From a virus: a DNA stretch of 64,000 nt. The stretch is from the IMG/VR virus record IMGVR_UViG_3300028844_002207, positions 21,830 to 85,829 of that record. One strand, 5' to 3'. A program made the position numbers and the translations under genes. Positions within the stretch are counted from its first letter, which is position 1. Every line of letters starts with the position of its first letter. Positions 9,226 through 21,700 of the stretch are shown here, in pieces. The notes beneath the pieces were generated by a model that was not told the DNA's origin, did no database searches, and worked only from the letters and a program-made list of their open reading frames with translations.

Positions 9226-12200
9226 ATGGCAACATACGTTAAAGGAGCAGATACTTACTTACCAGACATTAAACCGTTTACACCGGATTATAAATTTCTG
9301 TCTGCCGTTCTACAAACTAGAACGGATAAGTATGATGCCAATTATAAAGCTACAAATGACTTATACAATAAAGTTGTTTATGCTGACTTATCAAGAGAGG
9401 ATACTAAAGCGAGAAGAGATCAGTACGCTGAACAAATAGCTCCACAAATAGAACAAATATCAGGATTAGATTTATCACTAGCTTCTAATGTAGATGCAGC
9501 TAAAGGTGTGTTTGCACCATTCTATGATGATGATATTACTGTCAAAGATATGGTCTTTACCTCAAGGTTTAGAGACCAATCTCAAAGAGCACAGAACTTA
9601 TTAAACTCTCCTGACCAAACAGTACAAGAAAAATATTGGGATGTTGGTGTAAGAGGTATGCAATACAAAATGGATGAATTTATTAATTCTGATCCAGATC
9701 AAGCATTAGGCATGGCTCTTCCTGATTATGTACCAAAAGCTAACTTATTTAAAATGAGTCAGCAAATGTTGGCTAACATGGATCCCCCATTAAAAATGAA
9801 GATGGATAGATTTGCCAAGCAACCAAATCCAAACTTTAATAAGAATTTACCAGAGTCACGTGAGAACAGAAAAGAAATAACTAATACTGATTGGATTATT
9901 ACTGAACAAAATGGTTCTTTAGTTACTGGTGCAGCGTTACAACAAATAAGAAACACACTATTAGATAATCCATCTGTACAGAAATCTTATCAAATGGAGG
10001 CTTATGTTTCAGGAATGGACTGGGCCACTCAAGCTGTTGAAAGTGGAGCTGCTGCATCTCTTAGTAATGGTCAAGAACTATGGGCTTCAGAAACCATCAA
10101 AAGAATTGAAGAAAGAAATATAGCAGAATTAAATAATGATGTTGAAACTTTACGTAAGTTAGAGACTTCTGCAGTAACATGGTCTAATTATAAAGGTCAA
10201 AATGGTCTTGTTCCTGGTAGTGAACTAGATAAATTAAATCAAGAACAACTATCTGATATTGAAAAATATAAATTAGATATAGAAGCAAAAAAACAAATTG
10301 CTCAAGAAGTAAGTAGACCTACTCCAACAAATAAAAATCTGATTAATAAAGCATATAATTTATATATGCAAAGTAATATTATGTCAGATATGAAAGAATC
10401 CGCACAGGCTTGGAGTGCTAGAGATTACATTTATGAAATGAATCCAAATCAGTTTGCTGTTGATGAAAAGAAGTCTATGTGGAATATGGCTGAAATTAGA
10501 GCACGTGCAGCTAATCAACTTAATCTTGCAGCATATAATGCAAACAGAAGAGATGCTAATACAATGTTGGATAAAGGTTATCAATATGATGCTGAGGGTA
10601 ATCTTGTTCCATTACCTTGGGCTGAGGGTATGGGTGTCAATGGTGGTGGTGCCGCTAATGATTTATTTAGTGCATTAAGTAGTCCTGAATTTAGTATAAG
10701 TGATGATAATACAACAACATTTGCGGTGGATGAAGATGGAGAGCCAACAGCAAATTCAGATATTATTGGTGATACACAAAAAGCTTATGCTGAACATGTA
10801 CAAAGCGTTGGTAAAGATGAGATAAATGCATTATTAGGAACTGCTACACAACCCGGTATGCTACAATTAATGAATCCAAAGGGGAACACGGCAGATGAAA
10901 ATCAAACATATACTATAAATATTCCTGGTAGAGGAGAAGTAAATGGATCTATTGAGGACCTAAGACGTATGTTATCTGCTACTGTAAATAATGATGGTAC
11001 AGGAGGATTAAAGTATTTAGATGGTATAACAGAACTTTATAATACTAATAAAGATAATTTTGTTAATACTAGACAACAAACAAAAGATGATATAAGAATA
11101 ACTCAGGGTGATGATGCAGACATGTCTACTAGGTATGATGGATTATATAATAGAATGGTTGGGCCAAATGGAATTGAAACAAAGAGAAAGGCAGGTGATG
11201 TTTTTATAAGTAAGGCATATGAAGTTTATAATGAAGCCTTTGAAAATAATGATATTCTAAAAGCAACTACAACAGGATCAACTTCTAATAAAAACATAGG
11301 GGGTATGCTTGAAGCAGGTATGCCAGGTAAGTTTGATCAGAACGGTATACCATATACAAAAGAAGAACATTTTCAAGAAGCTTTAAGAAGACTTAACGCT
11401 GGTGAATTAACTAATACTGATCAAGACTGGACAGTAGATGGTAGAGCCAATAAAGATTACAGGGTAACAGAAACGATGGGTAATTGGGATATGAATAAGG
11501 TTAGAGCAGCTTTTAATAGCAGCACACCTTTATTTTATGTAGATAGTCCAGATCAAGATGGAACAATGTTCACAACTGAAGATACTGGTATACCTGCAGT
11601 ACAAGCAATAAGAGGTGCTAGACCTATAGATATACCTAAACAAGCAAACAGAATTTCAAAGAGTGAACTTAGAGAAGAAGCAGGGAAAGTTTATGATGCT
11701 TTAACTACAAATTTAAATGCAGCTCTAACAGATAGAATGGATGCAGGTACTAATTCTGCTACATTTGAATCAATTAAGTTTGGTATTGATGGTGGCTATG
11801 CTGATGTAACAAATAATATTACTTTTGAATATGGATTTAATCCATTAGCTCCAGATTCAGATGCTTATAATGAAGTAAAAAGCATGGCGCTTCAGATAGG
11901 TTCATTAAAGAAATCAGGTACACCGTATGGTATTGGTATAGGTAACTTAACTAATGAAGACCAGTTGGTGCAGAAAGATCCATTAGCAATGAAGGTATTT
12001 AATCTTTTAATGAAAGATGCACAAACCTGGGTTGGTAATCCTAAGAGATCCAACTCAGCTGCAATAGCACCTATATTTGATCTTGCATATAAATCAGTTT
12101 ATGATATTGCTTCTAAAGGAGATAAAACTCATGCTGGTTTTGAAATAAGTAATATGGCAGAGTGGTTAGCATCAAAAGTAAAAGGATCTTCAGCAGATGT

Positions 12201-12693
12201 TGCAAAACAGTTTGGTGCATTAACTACAGATGATATTGCTAGATTAAAAGGATTAGGAGAAAACAATGATGGTACAGGTATATTTATAGTATTTCCACAG
12301 TCAGATGATATAAACATTAAAGCAAGAAAGAATGATTATTTTTCTTCAACAGAAATAGATATTCTTGGTGGTGACAATAGTAGTTACGCTGAATACACAG
12401 TTCCTAATGATAATGGTATAACACCTACAGCTACATATAGAATTGCAAAAAATGGTACAGGTGATTATGATTTAATAACAGAAATCAATAGGTATAACCC
12501 TTACCCAACAGACAAAGATCTACAAGCTAATTGGAGTGAGTATACAACATCAACAAATACTCATAAAATGGATTTCTCACAAGGCTTGCCAGGAATTGAT
12601 TTGCAAGTAAATCAAGTACAACAAACACTAGAAGAAATTAGAAGAAACAATCAGGCTCTTAGAAAAAAGGATCAGGCAATACAAGGTAAATAA
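9226..12693 (+). CDS. Putative internal virion/ejection protein
   Basis: 1155 aa ORF immediately upstream of the vRNAP polyprotein; predicted helical N-terminus; no catalytic motif recognised. Confidence 0.6.
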   Translation: MATYVKGADTYLPDIKPFTPDYKFLSAVLQTRTDKYDANYKATNDLYNKVVYADLSREDTKARRDQYAEQIAPQIEQISGLDLSLASNVDAAKGVFAPFYDDDITVKDMVFTSRFRDQSQRAQNLLNSPDQTVQEKYWDVGVRGMQYKMDEFINSDPDQALGMALPDYVPKANLFKMSQQMLANMDPPLKMKMDRFAKQPNPNFNKNLPESRENRKEITNTDWIITEQNGSLVTGAALQQIRNTLLDNPSVQKSYQMEAYVSGMDWATQAVESGAAASLSNGQELWASETIKRIEERNIAELNNDVETLRKLETSAVTWSNYKGQNGLVPGSELDKLNQEQLSDIEKYKLDIEAKKQIAQEVSRPTPTNKNLINKAYNLYMQSNIMSDMKESAQAWSARDYIYEMNPNQFAVDEKKSMWNMAEIRARAANQLNLAAYNANRRDANTMLDKGYQYDAEGNLVPLPWAEGMGVNGGGAANDLFSALSSPEFSISDDNTTTFAVDEDGEPTANSDIIGDTQKAYAEHVQSVGKDEINALLGTATQPGMLQLMNPKGNTADENQTYTINIPGRGEVNGSIEDLRRMLSATVNNDGTGGLKYLDGITELYNTNKDNFVNTRQQTKDDIRITQGDDADMSTRYDGLYNRMVGPNGIETKRKAGDVFISKAYEVYNEAFENNDILKATTTGSTSNKNIGGMLEAGMPGKFDQNGIPYTKEEHFQEALRRLNAGELTNTDQDWTVDGRANKDYRVTETMGNWDMNKVRAAFNSSTPLFYVDSPDQDGTMFTTEDTGIPAVQAIRGARPIDIPKQANRISKSELREEAGKVYDALTTNLNAALTDRMDAGTNSATFESIKFGIDGGYADVTNNITFEYGFNPLAPDSDAYNEVKSMALQIGSLKKSGTPYGIGIGNLTNEDQLVQKDPLAMKVFNLLMKDAQTWVGNPKRSNSAAIAPIFDLAYKSVYDIASKGDKTHAGFEISNMAEWLASKVKGSSADVAKQFGALTTDDIARLKGLGENNDGTGIFIVFPQSDDINIKARKNDYFSSTEIDILGGDNSSYAEYTVPNDNGITPTATYRIAKNGTGDYDLITEINRYNPYPTDKDLQANWSEYTTSTNTHKMDFSQGLPGIDLQVNQVQQTLEEIRRNNQALRKKDQAIQGK

Positions 12694-12707
12694 TAAATCA
12701 AAAGTAG

Positions 12708-15700
12708 ATGGAAAACGAATCTAATAAGCCATTAGCGCAAGAGATTAAGAATCAAGAAAGACCTGCCCCAAGTATAATACCTGAAGGGCAGTTCCGCTTT
12801 GAGCCAATTGCAGAAATGTTTGACTCTCCAGAGGAAAACTTTAATGACTATCTATTAAGTAGTGATTTAGCAGCTGATGATGTTTCAGGTGTAAATGAAT
12901 ACAAAGCTGAAATAGATAAGTATGGTATAGGAGCTATGGCCTCATTAGGAGTAGCTGTACCTAGTTTTGCATCTGATACATATAACCCAAGATCTCAAGA
13001 TCAACCTGCAGATAATGATTTTTCCCTGATTCAAAAAGCATTAACTTTAGAAAAAAAACCAATTTCAGAAACTAGAATGGCTCCTATATTTTCAGGAATG
13101 AGACAGGGTCAATTTGAGAGATATTATAATCATCCTGAGTTTGATAAGTTAGGATTTTCTCCATACTCTAATATGGAGAATTATTATAATGCAAATTCTA
13201 CTATATGGGATGATATGACTAGAATGAGAGGTCAATGGATGTCTCTTGCTGGTACAGGATTAAATTCTGTATATGGATCTTTGTTTAGTGGTGGAGATTA
13301 TCTTGCTCCTGATTTTGAAGCTGCAACTGAGTTTGAAGACACTATGGGTATTTCATCATCTACAAGAGGTGGTGGCCTTGCTTTCTTCAATAATTTAGCA
13401 GCTAACTCTGCATATACATTTGGTATACTAAGTTCTATTGCTATTGAAGAGATTATACTTGCTGGTGCATCAGGATTATCAGGAGGAGCTTTAGCTGCAC
13501 CTGCAGCTGTAAAGACTGCTTCAAATATTGGTAAAGGTGGGAAAGCTTTATATAGTTTTACTAAGCTATTTGATAGAACAAGAAAGATACTACAAAAAGC
13601 AAAAGAACTTGAGACAGCAAGAGATTTTTATAATGCTGCTGTTACAGGTGGAAAAATGACTCTTAATACATTAGGTAAAGGCTTTACACCAAATACTCTG
13701 AAGGCATTCCAAAATATGAAGACAGCACAAAATGCTGGACAAAACATGACCAACCTAGCTAAAATGGGTACTGGCTTTGGAGGTTTCTATAGAGATCTTA
13801 GAGCAGTAAACTTAGCAATGGCTGAAAGTAAGCTGGAGTCAGGGATGGTATATAATAAAGTTATGAAGCAAGGTCTTACAGATGCTAATAATTTTAGTGG
13901 AGGTCAAGGTATTACTGATAATAGAGATGTTAGTGCTGCAGCTAATCAAGCAGCATTCAAAACTATGTTAGGTAATGCACCTCTTATATATGCTAGTAAC
14001 TGGTTTGTTATTGGTAATGCAATGGGTGGTTTTCAAAGAGGTATACAAAGATCTCTTGGTGCTACGTTTCAAAAGGGGATTAATAAAAACATTGTTAATA
14101 CCGCAGGTAAAAAAGTTGTAAATGCTGCAGGTGAAGTTATCAAAAGCCCATTCAAGTATATAGGTGGTGGATTTAAAAATACTGTAGCAAAAGTTAAAGC
14201 CGGTGGATTTAAAGGACTTGCTGGTAGTGGGGGTATAGCAATGCTTGATTACTTTGCTGCTAATGTTGCAGAAGGTATACAAGAGATTGGTCAAGAAGCT
14301 ATCTCAGCTGCAACTGTAGGATACTATACAGAAATATTAAATAACCCTGCGCAAGGGGGAGAAGCTCTTAAGAATCAAATGATACTATCAGCAATGGGTG
14401 ATCAGTTTTCATCACAAGGAGCAGGTGTATTCTTATCTGGTTTTTTAATGGGTGGTTTAGTAAGTGGTCCTCAAAAATTATTCTTTCAAGGTGTTCCTTC
14501 TATATATAATTATGGTTTGCAGGAAGCTGGAATTGGTTTAGCAAGTAAGTCTCAGAAAGAAGCATATACTGAGTATAAGACTAATAGAGAAACAATGATT
14601 AATAAAGTTGTTGAGTCTTATAACAAATCATGGGATTCACAAGCTATAGATCCATCTAGTTTATTTGACTTAAACAGATTGAACTTTATGGTTCAAAAAG
14701 AAGCTGCTGAGAATATGAGGAGTGCTCTTGACATGTTTAATTTTGTTGACAATGCAGATAGATCAAAGTTCCAACAATATTATACAATGTTTGCAGGTAA
14801 TGGTTCACAGCATTTTAAAGATCAGTTAAAAGGATTTTTAGAATTAAGTGATGTAGAATTAGCTCAGGCATTTCCTGGAGTATCTAATAAAGATAAGAAG
14901 GATGGTAAGTTAAGAGAACGTATTAATAATATGCTTGTAGGTATTGATAAGATGGAAGAGTCTTATAATCAAAACAAGGACAAATTTAAAAACCCATTTA
15001 ACAAAAACAAGTTTAATCCTAAGACACAGCAAAGAGAATACATTAAGGAAATGCTTAATGAAGAAGCATATGAACATGTACGTTATTTATACATGTTTAC
15101 AAATGATGGATTTACTAGAGCATTAGAAAGAGCAGATAGTATCTATAATAAATTACAATCTGATCCTTTGTTTGATAAAATGTCTGCAAATGATGTAACT
15201 AATCTGCTTGATGAGAAATCAATTCAGAATGAGATAGACATGCTTAACCTTGAAGTGATTGCAACTGAAGGTGCAACTGAAGGTATTGGGGAATCTAACA
15301 AAACCAAAAGAGAAAAAATTAAAAGATTAAAAGCTATTCAAAAGATCATTTCTGATCCACAAAATAGATTTAAGAATGGAACCTTTAAAAGAAACAAACT
15401 TTTAAAAGGAAAGCTTAGAAATGAGTTTAGAAACTATATAAGATTTATGGCATCTTCTGCTGGTTCATTTGCGGATGAAGCAAAAATTGATGCTGCCTTA
15501 GAACAAATTGTTGACTACGGTGCATTAAAAGGAAGAGCACGTGTATATGATAAAGCTATTCAGTACATGCAAAATCCAGAAAAGTTTTCTGAGATTCAAC
15601 AAAGACAGTATGAAGTAAACAAAGAGATATATAATCAACGTGCTAAGATAACAGAAGAAATGTTAAAGCAGTATGTAGATATAGTTGAGGCAAATGAACT

Positions 15701-18700
15701 AATAAATCAGTTAGGTAAGTTGGGTGTTTATCCAGCAATAGCACAAACAGAAATGTTTTTGAAGACTGGTAATGCAGCTTTCTTGACAGATTTTTATGAT
15801 GATAATGGTAAAATACAACCTGAAATTCATACAGTAGCATTTGGTCAAGTCCAAAGATTGTTAACTACATATAAAGAAACTAGAGCAGACAATACTAAAG
15901 AGGATGATGCACCACAAACCGAAGAAGAAATTGCAATTGAAGAAACTGAAGAAACAAGATCTGCACTTGATGTACTTTTAGAAAAGGCAGGTATAGATAT
16001 AAAAATTGATGTAAGCACTAATAGTCCTTTATTAGTTAAGGCATTGGAGAGAGCCTATAAAAATTATAGAGCTAAGCAAGCAAGATTAGGCTTACCTATT
16101 TTAGATAGTACTGCGTGGATGAGTTCTGCTGAAGCAGTTAACATTAGAAATGTTGTTAATGCAATTAAAAAAGTATGGGCATCAGGAAAATCAGAGGTAG
16201 GAGTAGAAGGCACACTAGAATTTAATAATCCTCTTGGAACAGATGTAATAAAAGAAGATGTAGGATTAGAAGAGTTTTTACTGGACCCTGAAGTATTAAT
16301 TAATAATCCAGTTATAACATCTATATTAAACCAATCAGGAGTTGATATGGCTGATGTAGTTGAGATTGCAGATGTAAAGTTAAAAAAAGGTCAAGCTCTA
16401 GAAAACACACCACAAAGAAAATTCTATAAAGGCGGTGTTACTGCAGATATATATAAAATATCTGTAGTAGATAATCAGACTGGAGAAATTGTAAAGATGT
16501 ACAAGTTTTTAGATAAAAAAGGCAATGAACTTTCAGATGATATTATTGAGTTTTTAGATACCAACTTTAAATCTGTTCAAGGAGTTTTCTTAGCAGACCA
16601 AGGTAAAATAGCTAAGAATGCTTTAGATGCACTAAATGCAAACCTTGTAGATTCATCAACTACTTTTGATTTTGATGGAGTAACAGGATTAACATATGGT
16701 CAAGTTATATATAAAGACGGTGTAAAATATATTGTTGTTCAAGATCCACGCTTTTCTAAAAAGTATGGTGCAAACCAAAAACTTAAAGTAATCAAAGAGT
16801 CTGATAACACAGGACCTTTTGCAGAAAGAAAGTTTTTGTATATACCGCAAGGAGAATTTAAAGGTAGATTTACTTTAGAAGAAACTACATTTAATTTAAT
16901 TCCAGATACGGTAACAAAAATTCAAACTAATGATTTGACTACCCTTTACCCTCATGTTAATTACACTGAAGGTGGTTCATCATCTGATAATGCCAAAGCA
17001 AGAGAAAGATATAATGCTATTCTTAGTATGTTATCTCCAGAAGAAATAGCCGGTTTACAGTTGGTTGTATCTCTTGATTCAAGAGGAGGAACTAATACTG
17101 GATCTTACACTGCTAAAAATAGAGAAGGTAAAGTATATAAAGAAGCTAATCCATTAATAGATAGATTAGTAAGTAAGTACGTTGTTGGTATACGTATAGC
17201 TAATCCTGCATTACGAGAAACTATTAATGCAAAGTTAGCTGAGATGGGTATTGAACCATCTAATAGTCCGGAAGGAGTATTTGCTTATTTAAATAATGAA
17301 TCATTTTTAATTAGAGATCAACGTACTGGCTCCCCTATAGATCCAAGATCTATGACTGCGGAACAAGCAAGCAATGTTATTCTAGCAAAAAAAGGTTTAA
17401 ATAAAGAACAAAAAGCAGAAGCTCTTGAACAAGTACATAGAGCATTTGCATTGAATGCATTAGTTGTTCAAACATTTGATAATTTAAATGTGGGAGATGA
17501 GGTTGTTTACTTTATGGCAGACTCAAAAGATATACCTTTTAGTATAAACTTAAATCTTAAAGGAGGAAGAGTTGCATATGCTAAAGCAAGAGAAAGAGTA
17601 TATCCTCTACCAATGGATGCGTTGTTATATGATACTGCAGATGAAGCGGGTAACTTATTTATTTTTGATTTAAAATATGATAAAGAAACTGGTGAAAGAA
17701 CTTATGACTTTACTACAAATTTAAAAGGTAAAGAAAGAGATGCTTTGGAAGATGCAATTGAAACACAATTAAAAAAACAAAATCAATGGGATAATCTATT
17801 GGATGCTGGTAAAGGCACAGATAGATATCTTGCTATGGTAAGATTGCCAAATGGAACATATGCAAAAGTAAATTTAAAACCGGTTGAATATACTAATACT
17901 GAATTAGAAGAACTATATGTAGATGTAGTTGAGGCAGCTAAAAGAATAGGTGCTATTAAGGATTCAGAAAAAAGCATGGAGGAAGCTGCAAAGTATAATC
18001 AAGAATTATCAGAAAGATTATTTTTAAGTAGCAGACCTGGTAACTTGATTGAACTTAATGTGGGTCCTGATGGGTCTATCTTTATTTCTTTAGATAATAA
18101 AGGCAGTAAAACAAGCATGAACGTTGGTTTAAAGCCTGAAGAAGTTAATGCAAAAGATCTATCAGCTAAAGATGTAATTCAAACTTTACTTACAAATTAT
18201 AATACTGATCCGGCTGTAGAAAAATTAAGTGCAGATTTAAAAAATAAAAACTTCAGAAAGTCTTTTGCTCAAGGTGTTGCACCTCAAGAAATATATGATA
18301 ATAGTACTACAGAGGTATTACCAGAAGTAGTACAAAATCAAACAATAGAAGTTTCAGCTGAGTCAGATGCTATACAACTATCACGTGATATAGCGTACAT
18401 ACCTAATGCAACTAGAAGTGATGAGATAGAGTTGAAATCAGCAATGGGTAGAGAAAGACCTACAGCTGAAGAAGCTGATGAGTCTGTATCTGATATGGAA
18501 GATGCTGAATTTGAAGAAATGGTTGACAGAGTTGATAGTAATAACTTTGGAGACTATCAAAAAAATCTTGATCATATTGTAAATGCAATACTGAGAGGTA
18601 TTGAGCTAAGTCCACGTGAACAAGAGTTAATGAAAAATGATGTCTTCCGTCAATCAGTTACTTATGCTGTTGCAGTTCAAGGAGGACCTGGTGCATTGGC

Positions 18701-21700
18701 TATTGAAAAGCCTACAGGAAAAACAAAACTTGAAACTATTAAAGATGAACTAATAGCTCTAAAAGAAAAGTTAGAAGAAGGTCTAACTACTAAAAAAGAT
18801 AAAGTAAAAGCTATTAGAGGAAGTAAAGAGTATCAAGATCTATTAGCTAAAAGAAAAAAATTAGAGCGTGGTGCTAACAAATTAGTACAAGCTACATCAG
18901 AGACTGAACGTGTAGAAGACTATAATGAATTTTTAGATTGGGCAAGTGAAAACCTGCCGGATATAATTGGTGTAGAGGATTTAATAGTTCTTGCTGATAA
19001 TGGTGTTTCTAACGGATATGAAAGAGTAGGTGCATTTGTTTTGAATTTAGATAGGATAGCTAATGGTGTAGATGTAAGCGGTATTATATATACAAGTCCA
19101 CTTAGCCCATACAAGTATCATGAAGCGTTTCACAGTATTTTTAGAACTGTTCTTACCCAAGAACAAATTAATAAATATAGAAGCATTGCAAAAGCAGAAG
19201 TAAAAGCAAAGTACGGATCTAAATATAAGAGTGAATTACAAAGATTTAGAAATTCAGCTGAGCAATATCAGGAAATGACTGATGTTGAATTAGAAAATGA
19301 ATTTGCTGAAGAATATTTAGCGGATGAGTTTGAGGCATTTAAAAAGAACCCAAGATCTTCTAAAACTAATACTGAGATAAAATCATTCTTTACTAAGTTA
19401 ATAGAATGGATTAAAGGTGTTTTCTCTAAGTACTCTTCTGTAGAGTTACTTACATTATATGAAAACATAGATGCTGGTAAATTTAAAAATGCACCTGTAC
19501 AACTTAATGAATTTACTCAATTAGAAGACTCATTAGGTGGGTCATTAAGTATTGCTAATGCATTAGTGAGATATGATACAGCTTCTAAAGTAGTTGATGC
19601 AGGTGAGCCATCAGGTGAATTATATGTTGACTCAGATGTAATAGACCCTTTGATTAGATCAATGGCGGGTATGTTTATAACAAGAGTAAATGAACTTTCA
19701 TTAACTGAAAAGTCATATAACCCTACTGAAATATATAATGAATTAGAAGCAGACTTTATGACAATGCTTGATCCGGAAGGAGAAGCTAATAAAGGGTTTT
19801 CTGGTGCCAAAAAACTATATCTTGAACAGATAGATATGGCATTTATTAATTACCCAGAAGATATTAAAAAAGAAGTTTTTGGTTTGGTTAATGTTATTTC
19901 TGATATGGATCAGGCTAATCAATTAAAAATAGAAAACGTTGAGGAAACATCAGGTGTAAGAAGTACAAGTGATTTTAATAAAGACGCAGCTGAGATAGGT
20001 GGTTTTAATTCTTTGTCATATAAAGTTAGATCTTATATAGCAACTACAACTATGGTTGACACTGACTTTTTTGGAAAGACAGAGTTAACGGAGGGAGAAC
20101 CTTTAATAGTACCGGTTAAGTTTCTAGAGGCATACACTACTATATTAAAATCAGTTTCAAATGAAAGTGATCCTGTGGTTATGCTTAAAAGAATGTATTC
20201 ATATTCTAGATTAAACCCACAAGGTAAAGCAGTTGTAGATAAATTATTTAATGATACTGGTTTAACAATAGAAGCATTAACTTCTACTGAACCTTTCAGA
20301 GATGTTAAAGATGGTTCTTTACTGATATCAATATTAAAAGGGTTTGAAAACTATAAGGTTGATTATATATTTAATGAGAGAGATTCAAATGGAAACTTAT
20401 TAATATATACTGCCTCTGAGCGTGATGATATTAATGCTCAACTAGATGAATGGGCCCAAGCATACATAACAAAAAAGAAACTTGCTACAGCTAATCCAAA
20501 CAGAGTAAAAGACTTTCTAAGATTAACAAAGGATATGAAGGAAGCTATGACATCATATCCAGAAGATACATCTATGGTATATCAAATGTCAAGAGAGTTT
20601 TCTCAAAAGATGTTTGACCTAATAGGTATTAGATTAAGTCCTAATTATATTGCTTATAGTATTGCTAAAAGTAAAACTGAAGAAGATTTAAAAAATAGCC
20701 CTGAGCTAAAAGCATTAGCTGATGGATATACAGAGGATGGCATTACAAACAGTTTGCTAGATCAACTATATGATGGGTTGAATAAAAAAGCTGATCTGTT
20801 CTCTACTAAAGAAGATGGTATGGCATCAAGACTTACTAAATTAAGTCTTTCTAATGCTGCATTTGATGAATCTATTGGTTCATCTACATTTATAAATCCA
20901 AATGGTGATATAGTATATGCACATCAATTGCCTACATATCATTTAAAGAGTGTTGCTGCATTAAATAACAAATCAAAAATTGATGAGTTAAGCAATGATG
21001 AGTTTTTATCAAATAATTATTTGCTTAAAAATGAAGCTTTTTTAAATCTATCTAATACAAATAGACTTAAGGTAATAAGAGTTGCTGGTAGTAAAATTAA
21101 AGAGCAGATTTCTAATAGTGCAGCTGATCAAGCAAGTGAAGATATATTAAATGAATCTGTATCAAAGAATAAATCAACTCAAAGCTTTGGGGAATTTACC
21201 CCACAAGAGTTTGCAATAGCCCTAATAAATAATTATGTATCAAACTTTAACAGAAGAACAGGTAAGGTTGAAACTGTAATTGGTCAAGGAGCACAAGAAA
21301 TTGCTATAGCTCCAGTATTTTTAAGAGTAATGGAAGCAGCAAATACAGGAGACCTTGTTCCTTTACCTGTAATAAAAGCAGTGACAAACGTTAATGGTAA
21401 TGTTGTTCTTACGCCTCAAGCTATAAATGTATTTATAGATAGCATAGAAGCTGAGTTTGATAGAATAAGCAGAGAAACATTAGCATTTGAAACTGAGCCG
21501 GGTAATATTGAAGGGTTTAATAATGAAAAAAGTGATAGGGCTGATAAAGGAAGAGCTTTTAAATTTACTAATAACGGTCTACTACTTTCTGAAACAACTA
21601 AGCAAGCATTGCTAAAAGTAGTTTTAGACAAAGCTAAACTGGGTGAAACTGTTTCATTTAAACAAGCTGTTTCATTGGCTGTTGGAGTAACTAATTCATC

